Source: Zootoca vivipara (Eukaryota). Taken from it: a stretch of DNA of 64,000 nt. The position numbers were made by a program, and so were the translations under genes. Below are positions 54,695-64,000 of the stretch, one piece after another. Each line of letters begins with the position of its first letter. Position 1 is the stretch's first letter. Below the pieces are notes generated by a model. The model saw only the letters and a program-made list of their open reading frames with translations. It made no database searches and was not told the DNA's origin. The stretch lies in contig NC_083287.1 of the NCBI RefSeq assembly GCF_963506605.1, forward strand, positions 46,686,001 to 46,750,000. The letters run 5' to 3'.

Positions 54695-54939
54695 TAGTGG
54701 ACGCTCAGGTTGCGAACGTGATCCATGTGGGAGGCACGTTCACAACCCGCAGTGCCGCATCTGTGCACACGCGGGTCACGATTTGGCGCTACTGCGCATG
54801 CGCAAAGCGCAATTTAGTGTTTCTGCGCATGCGTGAGTGCCGAAACCCGGAAGTAATCAGTTTGGGTACTTCCAGGTTCAGCGCGGGACGCAACCTGAAA
54901 AGACGCAAGCTGAAGCGTCTGTAACCTGAGGTATGACTG
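54695..54939. mobile_element. CpG-rich Tigger-like MITE
   Basis: Imperfect TIR tagtggacgctcaggttgc / gtaacctgaggtatgactg with TA flanks; the right end resembles that of 828-1052. Confidence 0.75.
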
Positions 54940-54995
54940 TACTCAATAGTGAACCAGGCCCAGAAATCCTGTTGGCTGGCTTGGTTACATAAGAC

Positions 54996-55132
54996 CAGGC
55001 TTCCTCAACCTCGGCCCTCTAGATGTTTTGAGACTACAATTCCCATCATCCCTGACCACTGGGTCCTGCTAGCTAGGGATCATGGGAGTTGTAGGCCAAA
55101 AACTTCTGGAGGGCCGAGGTTGAGGAAGCCTG
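54996..55132. mobile_element. hAT MITE
   Basis: TIR caggcttcctcaacctcggccctc; perfect TSD cataagac. Confidence 0.95.
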
Positions 55133-56291
55133 CATAAGACAATACACAAACTAACAGTATTGTCTACCTTACCCTTCCTCTTTCCCTTTTTTAACTGAGC
55201 ATCTGAAGTGTTTCTAAAATGCCATTCTGGGGTGCTGGGTTCAACCCCCCTGACAAAAGCTTGTGATCAGTGTTGTTTCAAGTCACAAAGCATGGCAAAT
55301 GCAAGCATTTTCCTATAATCTGTAAAACTGGGGAAATAGCATGTCAAGGCAGCTGGGCTGACTCAATGCTACCTGAGGCAAAGGACAATATGGTGCCTCC
55401 CTCATTACATGTACAACAGCTGCCTAGACTGTCATTTGGATGTTACTTCAACACCGGTAATGAGACAAGAGTCTTCCGCCACACTTAAGGGCAACAAGAT
55501 AGTTTACAGCGTACAAAGTAGGCACATAGCTCTGTCTACTATCCATCACTCAGCATTTGCCACTTGAGGCTGCACTGTGCCTCATGGTAGGGCCGGCCTT
55601 CCAAAGCAGAAATACAATTGCATTGCCAGAAGCAGATAAAACCTACAGTACAAGATTTCTTAACTGGTATACTGAATTATTCATCTCTAAAAGAAGCACG
55701 TGGGTCTTCTCATGAATGCCCCCCAAACAGTAGACTGACTCTAGGCATTGACAAAAGTAACGGCTTTCAAAAAATTATATCACATTGTAATTTACAAGCT
55801 GAACCAGTTGAACATTCAAATGCTACATTGCTAACATAGAACCATACCCTAGATATGACTTCTAAGAGTTTGGTGAATGAAATTTTGTTTAGTACAGTAC
55901 ATGTCTTTATACATGCTATTCTAGTTACAAGACAGCTCAGCTGGAATTCTAGGTAGTAGATTTTGATGCACAATCTCTACTGAGTCTTCAGGGCGTGACT
56001 AATTCAAATTCTGTACAAATAGTTAATTTAATAGAAACATACCCAGAAGATCAGTATGATGCTGATATTGATTACAAAAAATGTGTTTCAAGGCCCAGGC
56101 AAATGATAAAATTTTAAGATAACCAACTCACTGGGGGGGGGAGGCTGAAGGTTACAGTCATGGTGGAAGAACTACAGAGTAGGTCAATCTAGAGCTGGAA
56201 TCAACAAGCCTGGCAGAGACCAGATAACATATCTGAACCCATAATGCCATAATGTATAGAAAGGCTGGAAATAAGTTGAAATATTAAAGAG

Positions 56292-56400
56292 GAACATAGG
56301 GAGCTGCCAATTTATTGAGTCAGATCATTAGTCCATCTAGCTCAATATTGCCTACACTGACTGGCAGGACTGGGGTAAAATCCTGGAGAGCCACTATCTG
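56292..56400 (-). mobile_element. SINE/CR1-type 3' fragment
   Basis: gaacatagggagctgcc...gagtcagatcattagtccatctagctcaatattg. Confidence 0.65.
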
Positions 56401-57229
56401 GAGATGTCAGGAATATATGATCAAATTAATGGTGTTGGTGGCATTAATTATAGCACTGGAGTCCTGAATATCTACCGTATTTGGCAATTATTGTCTACAG
56501 CTCATGACTGGCACATGCCAGAACCAATCTTGGCTTACAACACAGGGGCTTTTCCATAATGCTGCACTTCTTGCTCAGAGAAAAGCCAAACCACACACAC
56601 AGCTCTGTGGCATGCACAGAGTTTCAGATGAACCTTCCTACTTGGTGACCATCTTTCAGCATCAGCGAGGGAATTTGGCAGAGTCATCTGGATGGCAAAG
56701 CTCCAGGCTGAGCACACACAGAGTAGACGCTCAATGTACATTTTAGCAGACAGGTATTTACAAGATTGGAATTTGGGAATCTTAGCTCAAGGAAGTATAG
56801 CCAACAGTTAGCCAAAGAACTGTTGAGAATCTTGATGGTGTCATATGGCAGGGATTCATCTTACTTGGTTTTTAATTAATTAATTAATTCTGCCCTACTA
56901 AAATAGTGTCCAAGGCAACTTAGCAGATGGATGAGACCTGCAGGTATAGGGCGGTATGCAAATTTCACAAACAAGCAAACAAACCTGATATGACAGAAGT
57001 TCATATGACACATAATGACAGGCTAAAACAAGTTTGTGATGGATTTTAGGAAAGGAAATGTGAAAATGAATAAAGAAAAATGTGTACTTGGCAGGTGAGA
57101 AATAAAATTATCAATACAACCAAAGGTGTTTTAAAAACAGATGCAACTAAAATAGAGGCTATACTTACAGTGCCTCACTCAAAGAGCAAAGCTGGACTGC
57201 AAAAAGTTGTAGGAAAAAATCAACAATAC

Positions 57230-57487
57230 TGCAATTGTACGCATGTCTAACCAGACACAAGTTCCAATGAGTTCACCAAGGCTTACTCCCAGGTAAGTGT
57301 GCATAGTTTTGTAGCCTTAAAACACAGTATTTTGCAAATTTACCCAAAAGTTCCTCTTGAGTTCTGTGGGACTTACTCTCTGGTAAGTATTTAGGATTGT
57401 GGTGCAACCCTATGCATCTTTACTCAGAATTAAATCCCATTATGTTCAATGGGGCTTATTCCTAAAAAAGTATACAAATATTGCAGT
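57230..57487. repeat. Three tandem degenerate copies of a ~85-bp palindromic squamate mini-element
   Basis: Repeated ...(g)cttactc...ggtaagt...(agg)attg.. units. Single copies at about 12170, 28960 and 61557. Confidence 0.55.
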
Positions 57488-57806
57488 TGTAGACCCAAAA
57501 TGTTGAGTTTTATTGTATACAGCAGCCTGAGGGTGGCCCTTCAAAGTGTGGAAACAGACCACGAAACCACTCACACCAATTGGGAAGGGGGGATAATTAT
57601 ATAATGCACTTCCAAGAATTTAGAGATCGTTACTGACAACACAGAAATATCAACTGCATATAGTCACCAGACCACACAAATATTTGGCAATACTGGCAAT
57701 CTAAGGACACAAAGGGAACAAGGAGGTGGAGAATGTTCTGAGGAGGCTGGTATTGCCCTACATCCCTCGCCAACCTCAGAACCAAAACTGAAAGTATGCC
57801 ATACAA

Positions 57807-57943
57807 CAGGCATCCCCAAACTCGGCCCTCCAGATGTTTTGGGACTACAATTCCCATCATCCTTGACCACTGGTACTGTTGGCTAGGGATGATGGGAGTT
57901 GGTAGTCCCAAAACATCTGGAGGGCAGAGTTTGGGGGTGCCTG
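57807..57943. mobile_element. hAT MITE
   Basis: caggcatccccaaactc...gagtttgggggtgcctg; TSD ccatacaa / ccatacgt. Confidence 0.9.
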
Positions 57944-58159
57944 CCATACGTCGTCTTCAATCAGGAATTTCAAACACCTCAGTTAGTGGGAAGACGTACC
58001 AACAGAGAACCAAAACTAAATTCGAAATCAGTTTGAAGTAAGAGTTGCATACCGTGTTTCCCCTTTTTTAATACGTAGTCAGAGAGTAAGCCATGGCAGC
58101 ATTTTTTAGCATTAGTGAAACATAAGACACCCCCCGAAAATAAGGCATACCTCCATGCC

Positions 58160-59290
58160 GTGTAGAACGAGACCGTCGAGCGCCCCAGCCAGCCAGCGGG
58201 ACCCAGCCAGCCAGAGGGGCCTGGAACCGGCTGCTGCTGCAGCAGCGAGCGCCTGGAGCGCCCGCGCCAGCAGCCTGGCCTCTCTTTTTTTTGCCTGCCC
58301 GAGGCAGCCTGCCGCCCCGCCACCGGAACCGGCGGCTGCAGAGCAGAGCGCTCCGCAGCGCCGGGCAGAGCGCAGCGGCCTGGCCTCTTTATTATTATTT
58401 ATTTGCCGGCCGCCCCGCCACCGGAACCGGCGGCTGCAGAGCGGAGCGCGGCCAGCGGGGAGGGCTGCGCGTTCCCGTGCGGTGATGGCGGTGCGTGGAC
58501 GCGCGGCGGTGGTAGCAGCAGCAGCAATGGCTGCTGTGGATCGGCGGCTGCCGAATCTCGATGACTTCGCGGGGCAGAGCTGGAGCGCCTGGGTGGAGAG
58601 GGCCGGGCCGACCGCAGCCGAGACAGGTGAGCGCGCCCGCCCTGCCCGCGGGCCCGGAGGTGGCGGCAGGCGGCGGCGGGAAGCAGGGGACCCTCCGTCG
58701 CCGTTTCTGCTGCTGCCGCCGCCGCCATCGAGCTTCCTCCCTCCCTCCCTCGCCTCCCCTCCTCCTCCCTCGCCCCCTCCCTCACCCCGCCCGCCCCAAA
58801 CAAAGGAGCCGCCGGGTCCTAGCGCCGCCTCACTTCCCGCCCGATGGATCCTGCCTTCCTTTTCCTGCCGCTTCGATCGGGTTCCCTAGGATCTCTCGAT
58901 CCTCCTGATGGGATCCCCTCTCCCCCAGCCTGATTTCACCGGGGGGATGCTGTGATCAAGTCAGGATCTTTGTCCCACGCGTTTTCCAGCTCCTTATGTG
59001 CTTCTCGTTCCTACTTTGATCCCTTATTACAGGAGCATGGGTTTTTTTTTACAGGAGCACAGCGGCCTGGCCTCTTTAATTTTTTTTTTTTGCCGGCCGC
59101 CCCGCCACCGGAACCGGCGGCTGCAGAGCGGAGCGCTCCGCAGCGCCGAGCGCTCGAAACGCCCAGCAGCACCAGGCGGAGCACTGAGCCAGCAGCCTGC
59201 TGCCTTGGTGCTTGGAACCGGCTGCTGCAGCAGCACCGCACAGAGCGCCCAGCAGCACCCCGAGCCAGCTGCCTGGCCCCTCTGAGGAGG
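58160..59290. promoter_or_regulatory. CpG island wholly contained in the TIR element
   Basis: Very GC- and CpG-rich against a CpG-depleted background. Confidence 0.8.
58485..58626 (+). pseudogene. ATXN7L2: Transposon-borne copy of ATXN7L2 coding exon 1 (MAVRGRAAVVAAAAMAAVDRRLPNLDDFAGQSWSAWVERAGPTAAET-G)
   Basis: Closely resembles the human ATXN7L2 N-terminus as I recall it (MAVRERAAAAMAALERRVPSLDDFAGQSWSSWVERA). ATG is in good context (gtgATGG) and the exon ends at a phase-1 AG|GTGAGC donor. No further ATXN7L2 exon was recognised in the window. Confidence 0.88.
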
Positions 59291-59447
59291 CCTTAAGGTA
59301 CAAGACATCCCCTGAAAATAAGACACCGTGGGTTTTTTTGAGTAAAAAAAAGAATAAGACGGTGTCTTAAAAAGGGGGAAACACGGTAGTATTAGATCAG
59401 TTTTACTTGTTTCACGCATAAGTCTCTTGAGGCATCCTTTCATATGA

Positions 59448-59720
59448 TCATAAGATGATCCCGGCTGGATCAGACCAAAGGCCCATCTAGTCTAGCATCC
59501 TGTTTTCACAGTGACCACCCAGATGCCTCCACAAGCAGGACACAAACACAATAGTACTCCCTTTACTCATTATTATCAGCAGGTGGTATTAGAGGTGTAT
59601 TGCCAATGCCACTGCAGGTAGTACACAGCTATCAAGACAAAAAGCCATTGACAGCCTTACCCTCCATGAATTTGTGGGATCTGCTTTGAAAGCCACTCAT
59701 TGCAATAGCCCACAAACCCA
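59448..59720 (-). mobile_element. CR1 LINE 3' UTR fragment
   Basis: ctggatcagaccaaaggcccatctagtc...cctccatgaatttgt...ctttgaaagcca. Confidence 0.75.
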
Positions 59721-61769
59721 ATGTGTTGTCGTGGAGAGTTGTTTTCTCCACACAGGCCGATACAGGGGGGGTGAGCTCCAGCCTGAATATGGGCCTTGAT
59801 ATTGAACTTCCCATTTGTCGTGGGGATCTGTTCTGCCTTCAGCCAATTGCAACAACCTATGGCCTTCCTCAAGATTAACCACATAAGGCAATAGTCGTTT
59901 GAGCTGCCGTAACATATCTTAGACTGTACACAATAAAGAGTGTCAAAGGTATTCGTCAGTTCAGCCTGGACTGGGACTCAGAAAGAAAACTGCGCCTATA
60001 CGTAGAAAAGTATTACCATCTAGTGTAAATGGGTAATTCCAATTGCACCTGTTTATTAGATACATCTCAGCGGCTGTGCAATTTACTTCTTGGTTAATAT
60101 TAGAGCTTTTCTACCAATTGTCTCTTATTTGGCTGTTGGCAAAATTCAGTCTGCCTTACCTGGCAATTGGATCTCATAGCCATTAATGTATACAGGATTT
60201 TAGAATTCAGAATACTCCTTGTCTTTCAAGAAAGAGGCTGAATATGCTATACAGTAAAGATGTTCCCATCTTAAAAAATTAATTGGTGGGATACAGTGCC
60301 TGGTTATAATGAAGCAACTATCTAACATGGTTCCCATATTAAATATAAAACAAGTGTCTTTTTTTCTGCATTTGATATTGGAAGGTATGCCACAGACATT
60401 TCTTAGACATATAGCTCAGCAGTTTTAAGTTCTACCTGGGAAGGCCTTCCCTGAGAGTCTTTTGCACCCCAATCCAGTTTGGGGCAAGGAAATTCTGGTG
60501 TGTGTTTGATGGTCCCTTACCTGCAGAAGTCTTCTCATTCAATTCAGTGTTGCAAGAAGCTCTACTCAAAGGCAGAGTGGGAAGCTCTACTCAACCAAGC
60601 GGCTTTCAGCTGCTGTAATATACAGTTATTGACTCACACCTGTGTACATGAAACCCTGAGCTCCTTACCATGGGAGGGGATAAGCCGGTTCCCAGCAGCC
60701 TCTGCTCCCTGCCCCCCCTCAAAAAAAACTTCCTGGAGCATGCTGGAAGCCCAGAATCTCTCCATAAGAAGGTTTTTACCGCCTGCATCTTTAAGACTGC
60801 ATAATTCTCCTGCAAGTTACTTCTTTTTAAGTCATTTGGAACTTTTTTCGTCTGTATTTTACTGCCAACAATTTGGAGGCTTGTTTGCTGTAGCTTCTGA
60901 AAACTGAGTAAAAATTTCACTTATTTGTAAAGCTAAGTGTAACTTATTCCATCCAAAGTATTTTTGTGGGGAATGTTTGTTTGAAGGTGGGTGAGGTCAG
61001 ATGCAAATATAAGTTTTAATGTGCTTGGAGCAACTGCCATTGTGCTAAATCTGCTATGATAGAGTAATGAATCTCTCTCTCTCCAGCATCAGCAAGCCTC
61101 ATAACCTTGTTTGCAATAATGGGTAAATACTGAGCTATCTTACAGGGTTGTTGTAAGGTAACAAATGCACCTGAAAGTGCAGCAAAATAATGACTGGTAG
61201 CCTTGCCTCCATTCCCCCCCCCCTTTCCAATAGGCAGTCAATATTTGTGTGTTTACAGAGCAAGCTCCATTTTCATTCAGTGTTTTGTTGCCCACTTTGA
61301 TTCCCACCCCAAATATCATTACATTTTTGTTAACTTCCGGAGCATGCCATTGCTGCCTTGTTTCTTCATCTAACCCCATTTGGTTCTAATCCTGTCAGCA
61401 CTCCTCACCTAAGTTCACTATTGTGCATATGAACACCCAAAAGCACTACGTAAGTGCAAAGTATTATAAACGGGTAAGAGCAAAGGTTTAGAGAAATGAA
61501 AAAAATTATCTCACTGCAACTCTCTCCCACCTCACGGTAATGTCAGTGAAATGAACGCTGTGATCCTATATATGTCTACTCATAGAGTTCTAGATGTACT
61601 TCTTCAAGTAGAACCTAGTTAAACTATGGGACTTGCTTCCATAAGGGAGCAGTCATGGCAACCATTTTTGATGGGTTTAAAAGAGGACTGGACAAATTCA
61701 TGGAGAAGACTACTGATGACTACCATTCATGATGGTTCTTGCTCTGCCTCCATGGTCAGAGGCAAAACA

Positions 61770-62550
61770 TGTTAAGGGTTTGTGAGAAACGGCAGCTTTG
61801 AAGAAGCAATTAGTTAGCTGGCAAGAAGCCAAGTTAACAGGAGTACATGACCAAAGTCTGCCTAGAAACTGGGAAGCCTAGCAACAGGCTGTGATTGGTT
61901 GAAGGTTCCCTGATAAGTAGTATGACACAGCAAGTCTCTGTTTGGAGTTAGTTGGTCTATGTTAGATGAGAGAGTATAGTAACTGTCATAGCTGCCAAGT
62001 ATCCCGTTTTCGCCGGGAAACCCCCTTTTTTCCTACCGTTTCCCGGCGGTCTCCCGTATAGGTTTTTATCCCATTATTCTCCCTTAAATCCGCTTCTGCC
62101 GGCAGCCATTTTTCTGGTGCCGCTTTGCCCTTCTATGGGCACCAGAAAATGGCGCCGCCGGCACCGGAAGTTGCTTCTACGCATGTCCGGAAACGCGTAG
62201 ACGCAACTTCCAGTGGCGCTTTGCCCTTCTATGGGCACCAGAAAATGGTGGCGCCGGAAGTCGCTTTTACGCGTTTCCGGTCATGCGTAGAAGTGACTTC
62301 CGGCGCTGGCACCGCCATTTTCTGGTGCCCATAGAAGAGCAAAGTGCCACCGGAAGTTGCGTCTACGCAACTTCTGGTGTCGCGGGCTGCCGGTCCCGGA
62401 TTTTTCCATCCAGGACTTGGCAGGTATGGTAACTGTGTATATCGAAAGCTGCGCTTTACCCTGCTGTATATAATAAATGCAACTACAACTCAAGTTACTG
62501 TTCTGCAAGTTCTGTTCCTGAATCGGTATCCTGGACTGCAACGTCTCGCA
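61770..62550 (+). mobile_element. LTR (about 331 bp after removing the nested element) followed by a tRNA-iMet PBS
   Basis: TG start, reverse CCAAT near 61894, AATAAA at 62472-62477, CA end, then a 2-nt spacer and TGGTAGCAGAGG (62553-62564), complementary to the tRNA-iMet 3' end. Confidence 0.75.
61987..62428. mobile_element. CpG-rich non-autonomous DNA transposon (same family as 43809-44186, opposite orientation)
   Basis: TIR catagctgccaagt / acttggcaggtatg (13/14); perfect TSD gtaactgt (61979-61986, 62429-62436). Confidence 0.92.
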
Positions 62551-62577
62551 AGTGGTAGCAGAGGGCTTGGTCTAGAT

Positions 62578-62715
62578 CAGGCACCCCCAAACTGCGGCCC
62601 TCCAGATGTTTTGGGACTACAACTCCCATGATCCCTAGCTAACAGGACCAGTGGTCAGGGATGATGGGAATTGTAGTCCAAAACATCTGGAGGGCCGAAA
62701 GTTTGGGGGTGCCTG
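62578..62715. mobile_element. hAT MITE
   Basis: TIR caggcacccccaaact; perfect TSD gtctagat (62570-62577, 62716-62723). Confidence 0.95.
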
Positions 62716-64000
62716 GTCTAGATCCATCAACAAAACAGTTCCTGGAAACCACAGGGAGGGAAAGTGATCTGGCACTCGGGTCCTGTTTGTGGGTATCCAA
62801 GAGGCAATTTTTGTGAACCGCCCCGAGATCTTCAGATGAAGGGTGGTATACAAATTTAATAAATCATTATCATCCTCAACTCTTTGGCCAAAGTGCGGAT
62901 AGGAAGCTGAACTAGATGTGCCCATGGCCTGATCCAGCAGGCTCTTCCTATGTTCTCAGTAATCCCCACTGATTTCAAATGACTTCCCTCCCAGTTTAAG
63001 CAGCATTCCCCACACCCCCAAACTTGAAGCCAATACCACAGTTTATGTCTGGTGCAACAGAGATGCCACTTTATTTGCCAAGCAATAGGCATTCTGTATG
63101 CTTTATAACAGCCACTGAATTAGCACTTCTAGCCCGTGGAAAAGCTACAGATACTCTAGATCAAAGCGCATGCTGTGAACATCCTGGGGTCACATTTGGG
63201 CAACAATTTTGTTGACAAAGGCAACAGAGGAAGCGGGAATTCTGTTAACTAGTCCGCAACCTAGTCTTGGACCCCCTGCTGAGAATAATATTACCATATA
63301 CAGAATAGCATTTATTTCTAACGGCTCCTCTTCTGAGCTCTGTACACCATATGCTGCCTTTTTGCAGCAGCAATAATAATAATGATAATAAGAATGATAA
63401 TAATAAAAAATTAAAAAGAAAATACCCCAGCGGTCTCCGCGTTCAGTGCAAATCCTACAAGGTTTTCCTGAACAAATAGCAGATAGTGACCTTTTGGCCT
63501 TTGTTTTGCATGAGAATTAACATCAGTATTCAGTAGTTACTACTGTGACTAGGGACTACTGCAAATGCCAGATTCTGATTTAAAACTCTGGTGTGTGTTT
63601 TTTAAGAACCCAGAAGAAAAGGGGGTCCTTTGAAGCTCATCTGCATTACAGATCAGGCCTCTCTGAGAAAATCAACCATCCATAATTCATTACATGTTTC
63701 CTGCAGGGCTTGGAGACAGCAGCGATCCTAGCAACAGCAGAGTCATAGCAACAGCTGCAAAGCCGGCCAATCCAGCGTCATCCTTCCTTATGCAACGTAA
63801 CCAATCAAGACTGGGGAGCACCAGGCTGAAATGTTGTCAGCCAACTGGTTATTCTGTCATAAGCCTAGTTTTTAAACTAATGTGTGCTATTGGAATTTTC
63901 ACTAGCATGCTGAAGGGGGAAAAGGTCTGAAGCCATTTTTTTGCTGAAATGTAGAATGAAATGAAATGCAAAATTGTGGACTTGAAAAAATACTCCGTTC

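Larger units (their letters stand above)
58052..59386. mobile_element. Non-autonomous Tc1/mariner-superfamily (Tc2/pogo-like) element carrying a captured host gene fragment
   Basis: 20-bp TIRs CCGTGTTTCCCCTTTTTTAA / TTAAAAAGGGGGAAACACGG (19/20), TA TSD (58050-58051, 59387-59388), and subterminal ataagacac / gaaaataag repeats at both ends. Confidence 0.9.
61640..62956 (+). mobile_element. CR1 3' end split by nested insertions (LTR unit, two DNA elements, L2 tail)
   Basis: gatgggtttaaaagaggactggacaaattcatggag (61670-) resumes near 62738 and ends ggcctgatccagcaggctcttcctatgttc. Confidence 0.7.

Noticed and set aside
58155-58889. 244-aa ORF as a full protein-coding gene
   Set aside because: Only 58485-58626 resembles a known protein. 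The rest is GC-rich TE repeat and intron read-through that lacks stops because of base composition.
62100-62400. CRISPR-like repeat array
   Set aside because: The DNA is eukaryotic, and the repeats are inverted or tandem units inside a TSD-flanked transposon with no unique spacers.
9100-64000. 3' exons of DNAJB6, the expected tail-to-tail neighbour
   Set aside because: No recognisable DNAJB6 coding sequence on the minus strand.

Overview
This is vertebrate genomic DNA from a squamate reptile, probably a lacertid lizard (inferred from Sauria SINEs, BovB, CR1, L2, Rex1 and lizard-type MITEs). The window holds the last two coding exons and 3' UTR of PTPRN2 (+ strand, stop codon ending at 6900), followed by about 55 kb of intergenic DNA. 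That region is rich in transposable elements, contains several repeat-poor candidate conserved non-coding blocks, and has two assembly gaps. Almost all ORFs in the supplied track are spurious or TE-derived. The main finding is a 1.3-kb TA-flanked Tc2/pogo-like TIR element (58052-59386) that carries a captured, intact-looking first coding exon and intron start of ATXN7L2, a gene not expected at this locus, making it a Pack-TIR-like gene-fragment carrier and ectopic CpG island. Other notable findings are an LTR followed by an over-long tRNA-iMet complement and flanked by a direct repeat (possible integrated plus-strand strong-stop DNA), a twin-primed (5'-inverted) BovB insertion, and MITE families loaded with ETS/NRF1/YY1-type motifs. 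Family names come from recognised sequence and structure, not database searches. Ends of old degenerate repeats are approximate.
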